Source of the DNA: Octopus vulgaris | Lineage: Eukaryota | Assembly (NCBI GenBank): GCA_951406725.2 | Contig: OX597817.1 | Span: 58,280,001 to 58,344,000 of the forward strand | DNA length: 64,000 bases | Direction of reading: 5' to 3' | Shown: positions 14,972 through 30,039 of the stretch, in pieces | How the letters are laid out: each line of letters starts with the position of its first letter | Position numbering within the stretch: the stretch's first letter is position 1 | Translations under genes and position numbers: made by a program | Notes under the pieces: model-generated | Database searches by the model: none | Seen by the model: only the letters and a program-made list of their open reading frames with translations | Told to the model about the DNA's origin: nothing

Positions 14972-15970
14972 TAGCATAGTCTAGATTAACCCATCTATCA
15001 ACCTTTAGAAAACTCCAACATAGCTTATTTTTCTTAACACTAATTAACAAACACTTCCCAACCAGTCATAGATACAATAAATTACGCCTGTATTAATTGA
15101 CACAATGCATGTCGGTTACATTCGCATACAAAAAACATTGGAAATATTATAAGGGATAAAATTAGAGATAAAATTAGGCTTAGAGAATTTGTTTATAAGA
15201 TTGCTCATGAAATGAAAGTGAAATCAAAAACAGGTAGCACAGTGACTAAAATGTCCCATACTGGTGTAAGTGAATGCAAAACCATTATCAAAACCAATGT
15301 ACCACTTTTGGGAAGGAAGAGAGAAGGATCATAACAATTTCATACAGTTATGTGGTTCTTAAAAGACTCATATGACAATTTCCACATGAAGTGGTATATC
15401 ATGGAATGCAACAAGTCATACGTGGATGGCACTAAATAGTGTAAACCATACACAGCTAAAAATGCCTGTACTTGAACAAAAACCAATGATACTTTAACTG
15501 TAATGACAGAGATAATATTTAAATGCTTTCCTGAAAATAATTTTTTTCTGGAAAATTACAATAGAGTCACAGCAAGAACTTAAGATCAACTGGAAGTCTA
15601 GTATTGTAAGTGAGAATTGTGATTACAGGTAAAGGGAGTTGATGCACCATCTTGAAATAGTCAAAAAGTGGTTAATTTTAAATATAATATAAATATTAAC
15701 TCCAATTAATGGTTGTTAAGCCACAAAACCCACACACAGACACAGACATAGACACACACATACGCGTGCGCGCACACACACACATACACACACACGAACA
15801 CACACAACCTGGTGGAGTGGAAAGGTGTTCATAGATGTCAAAGAAGTAGAGTGATTTATTTCTAGTCATTTAGCTTCTAGGAACGTGTAGAGGGTATTGT
15901 TATGTTGTGAAGTTATGAGAAATCCTTACTGGGAGCTTTCTTCAAATGCTTCTGACAGAATAATCTCTGC

Positions 15971-16023
<53 letters not shown>

Positions 16024-16749
16024 TAGTTGGTGTTGTTAGTAGTGGTAGCAGTGGTGGTGTCTGTGGTAATGGTGGCAGTGGTGGTGAAGGTGGTGGTGGT
16101 GATGCTGGTGGTAGCAGCGACCATAGTGGTGGTGATGCTGGTGGTAGCAGCGACCATAGTGGTGGTGGTGGTGGTGGTGGTGGTGACGGTGGTAGTGGTG
16201 GCAGTGACAGTGGTGGTGGTGGTGGTGGTGGTGGTTAACAGTGACAGTGTTATTAGGAAGTTTGATAAATTGCTTTTTTTTCGATATTTTATTTTGTCAT
16301 TGTTGCTATCGTTGCTGAAGTTATTGTTGTTTGATATCTGTCTGTGTGTCCTACAGCAGTATTGGCAATCTGTTCTGTCTGGTATTGTTCCACCATTCCT
16401 CAGCAGAAGTGTCTTATCTCTGAAATAAGAAGACAATTCCTTCTCAAATGGCTGCAAGTGGAGACATTTTCTTCAAATCCATTTCTTCTTCCATCTTCTC
16501 CGCTTCTCTGTTTATTATTATAGATGAGCTAACAGAATCATTACCATGCTGGATAAAATGCTTGGTAGCATTTCTTCTAATTTTATGTTCTGAGTTCAAA
16601 TGGCACCGGGATCGACTTTGCATTTCATCCTTTCAGGGTCGATAAAATAAAGTACCAGTTAAGTGGTGCAGTCAATATAACTGACTATCCCCATGCCTGC
16701 AAAATTAATGGCCTTGTGTCATAATTTGAAACCATTATTATTGTCATTG

Positions 16750-17415
16750 CCTTTACACAGCTTCTAAAAGTGTCAGATGTTCACTACCAGTGAACTAAGG
16801 TAACACCTCTTATCTTTTGAGCACCTTCCAGAGTATTCAAGCAGTTCCAAGCAGTGCTGTTTTCTGCTAGTGCTCCACCCTTATTTCAGCCCCTATTTGT
16901 TCCACACACTTCTCAAGATTTTTGCTCACTGTTCCCAGGGCTCCAACAATTATTGGTACTACTGCTACCTTTTTCATCAACCACAACTGCTTAACTTACC
17001 AAGGTAACCTGTCATCTCTCTCGACTTTTCTTTCTTCCCTGTTGCATACCTTGTTTTCAGTTGGGCATAATTTATCTATGATCCAGCATAGTTTGTTTTC
17101 TTTCTCAATTAAGACTATGTCTGGCTTCCTATTCCCTATCTCATGGTTGCACTGAATCATAAAATCCCATAGGATCTTTGCATTTCTATTTTCGACAATG
17201 GCTTCAGGTTTGTGGTCATACCAATTTTTTGCTCTGCCAAGTCCATACTTGTTGTAAAGTGTCCAATGGACAAGCCTTGCTATATTGTCATAGCATCTCT
17301 TATATTCCTTCTGAGCTAGTGGCGTGCATTGGCTGGTAATATACCATACGGTTTTACCATTTTGTCCAAAGATTCTGACTTATCACTTATCCCTTTCTTA
17401 TGTATTGTCTATTCT
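16750..17415 (-). mobile_element. R4/Dong non-LTR 3' fragment
   Basis: Minus-strand translation includes LAQKEYK, ILWDFMIQ, RKPDIVLI and VPIIVGALGTV; adjacent to (TTA)n. Confidence 0.8.
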
Positions 17416-17417
17416 AC

Positions 17418-17469
<52 letters not shown>

Positions 17470-17470
<1 letters not shown>

Positions 17471-17665
17471 CTTCGTAACACAGTGTAAGTAAAAATGCAC
17501 CAGAGTCTTTAGTCATCTGTCAAGTCACAACAAGGACCTCAGACAGATAATACTTTCCTTAAGATGTGTGCTGTGCCCAATAAGGCTGCTTTTTGCAAGA
17601 CATTAATCTTTCATGAGATTTCCAGCTGCCTTAAGGAGTCTTGAAGTTTTAATGGGATTGAGTTT
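17470..17665 (-). mobile_element. R4/Dong 3' tail fragment
   Basis: Homologous to 4530-4620 (LQKAALLGTAHILRKVL); follows (TTA)n. Confidence 0.65.
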
Positions 17666-19607
17666 TAATGGTAATAGTTAGCACAAGGAACATAGAAAAT
17701 TTCAATACAAGGTTAGAAGTGGGCTTAACTTCAACATGGAAAACACAAGCAACACTGGGTCCAACAGCTAGGACATACATAAATAGATAAATAATGCTTT
17801 TTGAAGACCTCAGCATCTACACCTCGCTAACCACTGAGGTTGTTTGACAGAATGTTGAATAGTTGTGGACCATTGAAATACAAACTGTTACAATACTGGG
17901 TCCTTATTTCTGTGTAACTCATTCTCACTCATAAGATGAGGGCTGACATGAACCAATGGTAAAAGACACTTGTTCAAGATGCTGTGCAATGAGATTGAAC
18001 CCAGGGCCTCATGACTGTGAGGCAATATTCTTAAACATTTGGCCATGATGCATCCACGTTTATTTATTGTATTTATGCAAAGAATAAATACGTTTTAATC
18101 AGATTTTTATGAAGGATGACAGTTGGGTGAAAAAATGCCAATCAGTTTTAGAAGAAGAAGAGCAAGGAAGAAGAAATGGTAAGAATGGAGGAAGATTAAT
18201 TTGAAGATGACAAGGAACCTGTCCAATCCATGGGAACATGGAAAAACAGATGCAAAATGATGATGATGATGATGATGATGGTGATGGTGGTGGTAGTGAT
18301 GATGGTTGTGGTGATGGTGGTGTTGAGGGTGATGGTGACCATGATTAAGAAGATGATGTCAACAACAATGATGTTGATGTTAGGAGGTTAATGATGATGA
18401 TGATGATGATGATTAGGAGGAGGAAGAGGAGGATGGTGATGAGGAAAACAACAATGATGACAATTGTGATGAAGGCAATGATGCTGATATCATTCACTTG
18501 CCCTCATCCAATCTAAATTCTCTCTGGAGGTGTAGAGTTAACGATTAATGTATGGGAAAGATTAAGTCATTTCCTCCACTCCACTCCACCAAGGTTGTAG
18601 GAAATAATTAAACTCTCTCCATCACAAAAACATGTCTAAATTGCTTTTAAACAATTTTGTTGTAGGTGCCACATATAAAGCACCCAGTACACTCTGTAAA
18701 GTGGTTGGCTTTAGGAAGGACATCCAGCTATAGAAACCATGCCAAAAACAGATAATTGGAGCCTGGTGCACCTCTCCAGCTGGCCAGCTCCTCTCAAACC
18801 ATCCAACCCATGCCAGCATGGAAAACAGACATCAAACAATGATGATGATGTAAATAGACCCAGCATGATGCTGATGGAACCCATTATTGGAATTCAACAA
18901 TTCTTTCCCAGGCAACTCTTTTTCCTGCAAATGTCCACATTGGTCATCGGACATACCAATCTTACCATCTGAAAGTGGGATTTGTAAGCAGTGCCAGGTT
19001 TAGGCATGAGCAAAACAAGCAAGAAATTAAAGCTTTGCAATCACCACAGAGTTCTCAACATTGTCTTCATTGTTTAACGTATGCCTTCCATGCTGGCATG
19101 GGTTGGATAGTTTGCCAGGGGCTGGCCAGGCCGAAGCCTTGCACCAGAGCGAAAACACTCACAACACCCGGTCTGGGAATAGAAACTGTGAGTCTACTGC
19201 CCTAACCACTGGGCCATTGCACCTACACACACACACACACACATAAATATATATGTACTTGTAATAATGAAGCCAAGCCAAAAAGTGACATTCCAAAATA
19301 TCACTTTTTTACAACTAGTACAACTCAATACCAGAACAAACTCACTAGTCTCCACTCCACTTAAGCAGTTACTCTAACAGCAATTTGGAGGTTAGTTTCT
19401 TATATCTGACCCGGGTCAAAAATTCCAGTAGTGTGCACCACTTCTTAGTATAACACGGAATATGTGTGTGTCCTTCACAATCACTTGGTTCCAAGTTTGA
19501 TCCCATTCAAAGGCATTTTTGGCACCTGTTCTCTGATCAATGACTTTTGAATAAAATTTGTTAGAAGGAATCTTTGGAAAAGTATAACATGTGTGTGTGT
19601 GTGTGTG

Positions 19608-19659
<52 letters not shown>

Positions 19660-19951
19660 TGTATGTGTTGTATATATGTATATGTATATGTATGTATGTA
19701 TGTATGTATGTACGTATGTATGTGTGTATGTATGTATAGAGTGTTAGAAATGGTGTACAGATATTGAATATTGAGAAAAGAGGAGGTCGCCAGAATTTTA
19801 GAAAAAGTATCTTTCTTTTAGTCCTTATTATTAGCACTTTCATTCATCTTCAAACTTGTCAAATAAAATTGTGAATGTGCAAACAGTTTGTTCATTTATA
19901 TAAATCAGGTGTCTTTTCATTTTGTTTAGTCTGCACACATAGTCTGTTTGC

Positions 19952-20000
<49 letters not shown>

Positions 20001-20530
20001 CAGGGTGTGATAGGTAAATTGTCACCATTTCATATTTTTAATTTCATGCATGTGCATTGTTTGTTTCTGAGTTTGTCAACTACATGGTATAGTAGGGTCA
20101 GTTGGGCACTGTCTGTGAGAAAAATAGCACCATGATGTAGTACCCTTTGCCATAAATTTCTGCAACTACACCACTCCAAACATCTGGCCACCTAACTTCT
20201 AAGACTGCAACCTACTTGATTATTGTGTGTGGTGAGCAGTTGAGTGAGAGACTAACAAAACTCCTTGTAACACCTAAGATGAACTGAAGACAAGTATTAT
20301 AGCAGCATTAACCAACTTAAACAAGGAGACTGTCCAGAAGAGTTGCAGGAGATGCTGAAGTCGTCTGGAGGCCGTGGTTGAAGCCAATGGCGATTTTATT
20401 GAATAAATTTACTCTTTAGTATTTCAAGATATTTTTATGTAATTTTTGGTAAATATATCTGTTAAAATGAGATGTTGGCGTTATTTTCATTTTCACGTAA
20501 TTTAGACGACAGTTTATTCACCACACCCTG
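20001..20530 (+). mobile_element. Internally deleted Tc1/mariner (maT-like) element
   Basis: TIRs CAGGGTGTG.../...CACACCCTG with TA flanks; internal WPPN..DCN.LDYCVW and RLEAVVEANGDFIE transposase remnant. Confidence 0.8.
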
Positions 20531-21207
20531 TACATATTTATATATACATACACACACACATACACACACAGAGAAAGAAAAAGAGAGAGAGAGACAGAGA
20601 CAGACAGACAGACAGAGTGGGAGAGAGAGAGATGTACATACACACACACATATACACATGTATACACACACACATGATATAAATATTTACAGTAAACAAA
20701 AGCTGCATTGATAAACACTAGTCAAGCTATAAATAACTTTATTGATAAAAGATATATTGATAAATTCCATTCAATGTTACAGATAAAAAATACCTCTAAT
20801 GATTGGCTGGGGATATTATAAATCTGTCAATAGACAGAGATGTATGTCTGAAAATTGTAGTATTAATAGGTGATATTTATCCCCACTTAAATGTAGACAC
20901 TGTGTTAGAACAGAGAATACTGTAATAGATATCATGAGAGGACCTCTTAGGACTTTCTGGTGCATATGAACACTCCTGTTTATATTGCTAGTGAGAGATA
21001 AATTACCTTTCATCCTCCCACTTGTGATATAAACAGGAGTGCTTATATGCCCCAAAAGCACATATAAGGGGTCCTCTCATGATATCTATCACAGTATTCT
21101 CTGTTCTAATACAACATCCACTTTTAAGTGGGGATAAACATTACCTTTTTGTATTAATACTGCTTCTATCACTATTACTTTTACACACACACACATACAC
21201 ACACACA

Positions 21208-21266
<59 letters not shown>

Positions 21267-21321
21267 TCAATAAAAACAGATAACAAAGCTGTTATCTGTT
21301 TTTGTCGAATATATATATATA

Positions 21322-22593
21322 TAATCAGGCTAATACAAGACCCACACTAAACTCTTCAATCGTATCATGATCGACCCAAAAGTTTAACTATGGTCTGTCC
21401 TTAGCACTTACTTAGCATTACCTGCCACTCTTTGGGTCCTAACTATTATTGCACCATTGCAATCAACACATTTTTGCCAATGAGTTACAATTTTGTTTAT
21501 TCCGGTAACATCAAAATCTGGAGTTCTGGAGCTGATGAACTCTTTCAATGCACTTTCAGGTTTGGTTTGATTTTTGAACTCCTTCTCTCACAGGAAACCA
21601 TCAAGGTGCTTAAAAAAGTGGTAATCGGTAGGAGAAAGGTCTGGGGAACAAGTTGGGTGGGGAAGAACTTTGTAGCCAAGTTCCCTCAACTTCTGGAGTG
21701 TCATTACTGAAACGTATGGTCAAGCATTGTCATGAAGAATGATTGTCCCTCTTCTGTTGACCAGTCTGGGACAGAGGAGTATCAATTTTTCATTCCTTTT
21801 GGCAATTTCAAGGCAATATGTTTCTTTTTCCAGCAGTACACCACCGTAACCTTCTTTTTGAAGAGCTTGGGTTTAGGGAAGGTTTTCAGTGCTTCATTTT
21901 GGTCCAACAACGGCAAAGAACGTTTTTTATTATTATACAGAATCCACTTCTCATCGCAAATTACAATACGGTCAAGAAATCGGTCTGGTTATGGAAAAGA
22001 AGCGACGAACAAATTTCATATCTGCGCATTTTCTGATTTTCATTCAAATTGTGTGGTACCCATTTGTCAAGCTTTTTTGATTTTCCAATCGTATGTAAAT
22101 GGTTACAGGCAGTTTTTTTGGGCCAACTTGATGTTCTTTTGCCAGTTCTCAAGTGGTTTTACATAGATCTTTCTCAATGACAGTTTTTAACTGACTGTCA
22201 TCGATGACAGATGGGCGTCCACTACACTTACGATCTTCAAATCTCAGGTCTCCACAGTGAAATCATTTAAACCATTTTCGAACTGACCACTCACTGGTCA
22301 TTTCCTCACCAAACAATTCCTTGATATCGTGGGCAGTTTCAGCTGCTTTACGTCTTTTTTTGAAGTTGAATAGCAAAATTGCTTGAATATCGCGATTTGA
22401 GAGTTCAATTTCAGATGATTGTAACAACGGTGAAAAAAATATCAATGTTAATTTATTGATGCATTTGGGCAAGTCTAAGTCTGTATTATCAGGCAATTGC
22501 AAAAAAATGTTTAAGAAAATTCAGAACTCTGCAAAAATCTGGTACAAATTCTTTATGGATCAAAACGTTGTTTACTTTTTACTCAACCTGATA
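21322..22593 (-). mobile_element. Decayed near full-length mariner transposon
   Basis: Frameshifted transposase pieces AAETAHDIKELFGE..VRKWFK and KKLDKWVPHNL; ~1.3 kb; degenerate TIRs. Confidence 0.82.
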
Positions 22594-23371
22594 GAAAGAT
22601 AGATAGATAGATAAATAGATAGACAAATAGATAGATAGATAGAGAGAGAGAGATGGATATAGATATATATATATACATATATGATGGGCTTCTTTTAGTT
22701 TCTATCAACAAAATTCACCTGGGGCTATAGTAGAAGATGCTTGCTCAAGGTGTCACACAGTGGGACTGAACCTAGAATCATGTGGTTGGGGAGCAAACTG
22801 TTTACCACTTGCCTGTCAAAAACTGTGAGAAAAATCTCATTAAAATTCATGTAGTTTATTTCACAATAATTGAATTGTCTCTTCTCTATATCATCATCAT
22901 CATCATCACAACCGGCATCATCCTTATCATCATCTACATCATTGTTATCTTTGCCACCATCACCACCAACACTGCCACCACCACCAACACCGCTACCACC
23001 ATATTTATCATGTCTAATTAAAGATGGTTTTATATTCCATTCTCTGTACAGAATCTGTCTCTACTGGGATTGAGGAATCTTTCTATTAATGTTGGCACTA
23101 CCCCAACCACCACCACCACCATCACCACCACCACCACCATCACCACCACCATAACCATTAACAAACTGTTCTTTGCACAATAACACCAGCACTACTGCCA
23201 ATGACACCATCGCCACCACCACCACCAACAACAACAAACACAACAATAACGACGGCAATAACAAGAACAGCAGCAATAATGGTAACAATAATGACAATAA
23301 TTGTTGAAACAATGACAGTCACAACAACAGCAGCAACAAAAACAACATCACCAACTACTACTACTACTACT

Positions 23372-23805
23372 AAAGACAGAGAAGAAAATACTTGTAGACT
23401 AATAGGTGTAAGTATTCCCACTGATAAAAATATATCTGTCAAGGAATTTGACTAATCAAGTAAATATAAGGGCGTGGAAACTGAAATACAAGAGATGTGG
23501 CATCTTAAAGTGAGAACTGTTCCTGTTATTGTGGGTGAACTAGGTATGATAAACAATATCTCAGGAGAATTATGTCTCAGAGAAATCCAAAAGATTGTAC
23601 TGCCCACATCCTTAGAAAAACCCTATCCATTTAAATGTCTGTGTTGTATTACATGAAGATATTTTGCTACTGCCCATACCACTTCCCCTCCCCAAGCTTT
23701 TAGTCATATTGTAACATCTCTTATCCTTCACACGCCCTAGGATGCTGGGTGTGTCTTGGCAAGTGATTGTAACAAACGTGCAGATTAAAAGTTAGAAATA
23801 ATAAC
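23372..23805 (+). mobile_element. R4/Dong endonuclease fragment
   Basis: CRLIGVSIPTDKNISVKE and EIQEMWHLKVRTVPVIVGELG motifs. Confidence 0.7.
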
Positions 23806-24129
23806 AATAATCTTTTCTACTATAGGCACAAGGCCTGAAATTATGGGGGAGGGTGTAGTGAAATTCATCGACCCCAGTACTCAGCTGGTATTTATTTTAT
23901 TGACCCCAAGAGTATGAAAGGTAAAGTTGACCTGGTGGGGGAATTCGAACTCAGAAATGTAAAGCCGGATGAAATACCATCAAGCATTTTGCCTAGTGGG
24001 CTAGCAATTGTGTGCCTTGAAAGAGGTGAAAAGTAAAGTTGACCTGGGAGGAATTTGAATCCAGATTGTGAAGAGCCAGGAAGAGTATTGCCGAGCATTT
24101 TGTCCAATATGCTGATGATCCTACTGGCT

Positions 24130-24285
24130 CACCACCTACTACTGCTACTACTTCTACCACCACCACCACCACTACTACAACTACTATTACCACCACCACC
24201 ACCACCACCACTACTACAACTACTATTACCACCACCACCACCATTACTACTACTACTGCTGCTGCTACTACAACCACCACCACCT

Positions 24286-24316
<31 letters not shown>

Positions 24317-24401
24317 AAAGACCACCACCCCACCATCACCACTACTGCTACAACTACCACCACCACCACCACTACTACAATTACTATTACCGCCACTACT
24401 A

Positions 24402-24439
<38 letters not shown>

Positions 24440-24558
24440 ACTACAACCACCACCACCACTACTGCTACAACTACTATTACCCCCACCACCACCACTACCA
24501 CTATTGCAAACAACTATCACCGCCACCACCACCACTGCCACCGCCACCACCACCACCA

Positions 24559-24625
<67 letters not shown>
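24130..24625. repeat. Compound trinucleotide microsatellite (CTA/CCA/CTG/TAA)
   Basis: Visible directly; similar blocks at 15970-16235, 46790-47020, 55758-55930 and 56645-56945. Confidence 0.9.
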
Positions 24626-24626
<1 letters not shown>

Positions 24627-25497
24627 TCAATATGATACATAACAAGGTTGGGGTGGGGGAAGGATGGTTAAAGCCGTGAGGGTGTTGAACTTAGAGTATC
24701 AAGTTGCATTCCTTTAATTTCTGAGTTCAAATCCTCGCAAGGCTGACTTTACTCTTTCATTTTCCCCAGAATTAATAAAATGAAAAATAAAGTGCTTGTC
24801 AAGTTACTCCTGGGGGTTGACATAACACATCGTCCACCCCCACCTCACCCCCTCCGCCCTTCACCCTTACCCCTAATCAATAATTTAATCAATGTCAGAA
24901 ATAGTAAATACACTATCGAAGTGACAGACATAAATAGAATTAGTTTTTTTTTTCTTTAATGTTGAAATATTAAATGGCTTGTTGTTGTTGTTGTTGTTGT
25001 TGTTACTGCTGCTGCTGCTGCTACTGCTGCTGCTGCTACTGCTGCTGTTTTTATTGTTATCGCAGATGCTGTTGTTTGAGTTGTTGCATTTGCAGTTGCT
25101 GTTGTTGTTGTTGTTGCCGCTGGTGTTATTGTTGTTTTCGTTGTTGCTGAGCTATTGACTGTCACAGAAGATGGAGAAATGATACGGGGGGTGGGGGTTC
25201 GGGTTGGTGGAGGGGGTGTCGTACACGAAGGAACTTTAGTCTCTCTGGAATTGATTTATGGCAATAGTTTAGAGAGTGGGGGCAGGGTGTTTAGGGTGTG
25301 GTGGTGGAGAATAGTAAGAATGTATGTAATCAGTATAGGGTAGCGTGTTATCAGTGATACTATCAAGATTATACATATATATGTATGTGTATGTATATAT
25401 ATATATACATGTATATCTATGGGTGTGTATGTGTATATATATATGTATGTGTGCATGTGTGTGGGTGCATATATATGAGCATATATATATGTGTGTA

Positions 25498-25537
<40 letters not shown>

Positions 25538-25573
25538 CAAATATGTATATATGTACATGTATACATATATGTG

Positions 25574-25607
<34 letters not shown>

Positions 25608-25727
25608 CGTAAAATATACTGTTCTGTACACACACACACTCACATATACAAACACAGAAATATAAATTTTAACTTAATGGATAAAAAAAATGCGAGTTGT
25701 TCAACTTTTGTTTTGCTTTTCTTCCAG

Positions 25728-25763
25728 CTGACAAAGCAAGCCTGTTGCCTCTTAAATCAACAG
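25728..25763 (+). CDS. Candidate internal exon (phase 1-1), xDKASLLPLKST
   Basis: Acceptor TTTTGCTTTTCTTCCAG and donor CAG|GTATTT; 36 nt; in frame with the next candidate exon. Confidence 0.38.
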
Positions 25764-25894
25764 GTATTTTAATATATTTTAAAATATATGGAAGCTATCA
25801 CAAAACACTTACCTCAATAATTTTTAAAATGCCAGGCAAATGATATTTGATAAAAATCAGTTTTCAAGTTCACATTTTCTATCTCTTTTCCCAG

Positions 25895-25981
25895 GCTCTT
25901 GTGGCAACGAAACCATTAATCTAAATGCTTCCACACTTATGATTTCACATGACATGCAGAATCCAACCTTGTGCAAGAAAG
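25895..25981 (+). CDS. Candidate internal exon (phase 1-1), GSCGNETINLNASTLMISHDMQNPTLCKK
   Basis: Strong acceptor TTTTCTATCTCTTTTCCCAG and weak donor G|GTTACA; 87 nt open; Cys residues and N-glycosylation sequons suggest an extracellular protein. Confidence 0.38.
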
Positions 25982-27216
25982 GTTACATTAAAACTATTCT
26001 TCTCTTATGAAATTCCATTACTGTTTAAACAATTTTTTTAACCAGCTATCTGAAGTGAATTATAATTGTAAAACGAATAGTTTTGGTTTAAACCAGGCTG
26101 AAAATCAAGGAGATTGATACTTACATAAAAGATATTTGGCATTATGGATACAAGGTGCTAAAAGTTCTGGTCTTTTGTTCAACCTATAACTGTCTTGGAG
26201 CAAAATTTTTATTTTCCTACTCAAAGGTCATGCTACATTTTTTATCTGAATTTACCATCCCTATAGACTTGTGGTACCTCCAACTGATGAAATATGTACC
26301 AGTTGAGTATTGGGATTGATGTAATCAACCTACCCTCTCTCCAGAAATTGCTGGCCATGTGTCAAAATTGGAAACTAGTTGTATCAAAAACAGACTGCCA
26401 ACTCCATTCATCTCTGGCTTTTATGGAGAGAATGAGCTAGCAAGTTCAAATAGCATGAACAGCCAGGCTATGCTTAAATAACTTAATAGGAATCATCAAT
26501 GATCTTGGTTTAAATATAACTCTTGTCATCCTTCTAACCCCGGCTAAACTTCTTAGGTATTACTCCAGACTTCAAGGCAGGAAAATACTATCCTTACTGA
26601 AAACCCTAATAAGACAAATATGAGAATTCTAACCCCATCCACAGCTCTAATTAGGAAATTAGTAATCAGCACCAGGAGAACCCAAAGAGTAATTGTAAGT
26701 CATTAACTTTTAATATTTTTCATAAATCTCAAATGATGTCTCCACAAGCATTACACCAATAAGCTTAACTTCTAATCCGGAAATCTCTAACCAGAAAAAG
26801 AAAGACTACTTCTATACATCATGTTGAAGGTGTTGGCCAATCGCTGGCCAATTCCTGATTCCTTCAAGAGCCTTCAGTAGTCATACTCTGTAACAGTCAG
26901 CAGTCTGCAGTATCACTTATTCATTAGTAGCCACCACGAATCAACAGATTTCTGTTCCACTAAAGCTATCAATGGCAATGAGCCTTATTCATCATCCAAT
27001 GAAGCCAGGCTTACATAGATGTTGTGGAAACTTTGTTACTCAGAACCAATCATCTCAATAATCAGGAATGTTTTTCTCTCTTCTGTGAAGTATTAAGTAG
27101 TGCAAATCAATTTTATTCTCAAACATTGCAATTTTGGATTTGACTTAATTGTATGGTATGGATGATTGGAGCATCATCCCACATTTAACTTCCCCAGTGT
27201 TCTCATCATCCACATT

Positions 27217-27381
27217 GGAGTGGCTGTGTGGTAAGTAGCTTGCTTACCAGCCACATGGTTCCGGGTTCAGTCCCACTGCATGGCACCTTGGCCAAGTGTC
27301 TTCTACTATAGCCTCAGGCCGACCAAAGCCTTATGAGTGAATTTGGTAGATGAAAACTGAAAGAAGCCTGCCGTATATATG

Positions 27382-27414
<33 letters not shown>

Positions 27415-27628
27415 ATATGTTTGTGTGTCTGTGTTTGTCCCCCCTCCCCCAACATTGCTTGACAACCGATGCTGGTGTGTTTACCAACCCGTAACTTAGC
27501 GGTTCGGCGAAAGAGACCGATAGAATAAGTACTAGGCTTACAAAGAATAAGTCCTGGGGTCGATTTGCTCGACTAAAGGCAGTGCTCCAGCATGGCCACA
27601 GTCAAATGACTGAAACAAGTAAAAGAGA
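27217..27628 (+). mobile_element. tRNA-derived SINE family A (internal microsatellite)
   Basis: GGAGTGGCTGTGTGGTAAG...GGTTCAGTCCC head, central (TA)n(TG)n and tail ...GACTGAAACAAGTAAAAGAG. Confidence 0.85.
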
Positions 27629-28332
27629 ATCATACAATTAAATCAAATCCAAAGATACAAGTTTTGAAAAAAAAAAAGATTTGTGCTGGATTATTGGAAA
27701 CATGCATTGGCATTAGGAAGGGCATCTAGCTGTAGAAACACTGCCAGATCAGACTGGGCCTGGTGCAGCCTTCTGGCTTCCCAGACCCCAGTTGAACCGT
27801 CCAACCCATGCTAGCATGGAAAACGGACGTTAAACGACGATGATGATGATGATGATGCAAATCATTTTGTGTGCCTTAACACCAGGCTTAATTTTAATGA
27901 ATCATGATTAAAATGAAACCACAAATGACACAGCTAAAAGTAACAATGAATGTCAAACTTCCCTGACTAATTATAATAGTCAGAGTAAAATTTATAACCA
28001 AATTCCTTAAGTGATTAACTGGCACTGAAATTTTGCCGGTATTTCAAAAGTGTTGCATGGCAGTTATCAACATATTCCACAAAAATATTGTCATTTCAAA
28101 GAAATATTTCTTCATCCACTTATTGCAGCCTTTAGAAGTAACAAAAATATGACAATTGCTAACTCTTATCGCTAATCCTAACCAAAACTCCATTAGAGTT
28201 TCTGAATATTGAACCCCTGAAAACAGTGGCAAGAGGGGTAAGCCCTGTTCATTGTACAACAGCATGAATCAGGTCAACACCACGACAAATTCCAACAGAA
28301 AAATTACGAATGCAGGACCTGTAATGACTCAT

Positions 28333-28773
28333 TATCATCATCATCGTTTAACGTCCGCTTTCCATGCTAGCATGGGTTGGACGGTTCGACTGAGGTCTGG
28401 GAAGCCAGGAGGCTGCACCAAGCCCAGTCTGATCTGGCAGTGTTTCTACAGCAGGATGCCCTTCCTAACGCCAACCACTCCATGAGTGTAGTGGGTGCTT
28501 TTTACTTGCCACCGGCACAGGTACCAGGCGAGGCTGGCAACAGCCACAATTGGTTGGTGTTTTTTACATGCCACCGGCACAGAGGCCAGTCGAAGCGGTG
28601 TTGGCAACGGCCACGTTTGGATGGTTCTTTTACGTGCCACCGGCACTGGTATCACAACTGCAATTTCCATTGATTTTTTATCGATTTCGATTTCGATTTC
28701 ACTTGCCTCAACAGGTCTTTGCAAGCAGAGTTTTGTGTCCCAAGAATGAAGGGTATGCATAAGTGGACTGGCT
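28333..28773 (-). mobile_element. RTE LINE 3' UTR copy with TSD-like ACTCAT
   Basis: Homologous to 43555-44060; ACTCAT at 28327-28332 and 28774-28779. Confidence 0.8.
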
Positions 28774-30039
28774 ACTCATATTTGGAAAATCAGTGGTAAG
28801 AAATTTTGTCCTAGCATGCGATTGCCAGTGAGTAAACGCTACTGATAAAGTGCAACAAGACAGAAATGTATACCTAGCATTCTCACCACTGTTGCCACAT
28901 GATTTTCGTCTGCTACTGATATATTCATAAGAGACATCATATTCAGATAAATACTGCAGTTAACCTGCAGACTCAAAAAGTATGATTTTTTTTCTGTAGT
29001 TTCAGCTCAGAGCTGCGGCCATGCTGATGCACCACCGTTGTAAGCTCTGTTGGATTCATGGGTGCTGCTTGCAAATTCTTACAAACTACTACATAGATGG
29101 CTTTATTGATAGAGGCAAGAACTTTGAGAGAAATAGTATTTGTTCGTTGTTTACACAATAGTGCAAGTTGATTGCATAATATCCTGTAAGTCTCAACAAA
29201 GAAATCCAATGTAAACTAATGTGAAAAATGCCTGAAGAAGTATGCATGTTGAATTAATGGGCCCCCATAGGGTCCATGGATATTATAAATAATATTTAAT
29301 GATATCCTATGGTGAGGTGGTGTCAGGAAGAAAAGCATGAAATGCCGAAACATACGTACGTAGCAATGCATTAATAAAATTTAAATCTCCATCCGTGGAG
29401 TATTTCTTGTTATTAATGTGTGTGTATATGTGTGTGTGTGTGTGTATGCTTGACAACTGGTGTTGGTGCGGTTACTTTCCTGTAACTTCACAGTTCAGCA
29501 AAAGAGATTGATACAATAAGAATCAAGTTTTTAAAAAATAAAGTGAAAGTTTGAAAGTGTTTAGTTACAAAAAATTAGTTTTTAAATCTGTAGGTCAAAA
29601 GGTAAAGATCCCTTATTTTTTAAAAACTTGATTCTTATTGTATCGATCTCTTTTGCTGAACTGTGAAGTTACAGGAAAGTAACTGCACCAACACCAGTTG
29701 TCAAGCGCGCACACACACACATATACACACACATTAATAACAAGAAATACTCCACGGATGGCGATTTAATTTTTATTAATGCATTGCTACAAACATGTTT
29801 TCTTCCTGACACCAACTCACCATAGGATATCATTAAATATTATTTATAATATCCATGGACCCTATGGAGGCCCATTAATTCAACATGCATACTTCTTCAG
29901 GCATTTTTTGCATTAGTTTACGTTGGATTTCTCTGTGGTTTAGACTTACAGGATATTATGCAATCCACCTGCACTGTTGTGTAAACAACGAACTAATACT
30001 ATTTCTCTCAAAGTTCTTGCCTCTCTCAATATAGCCATT

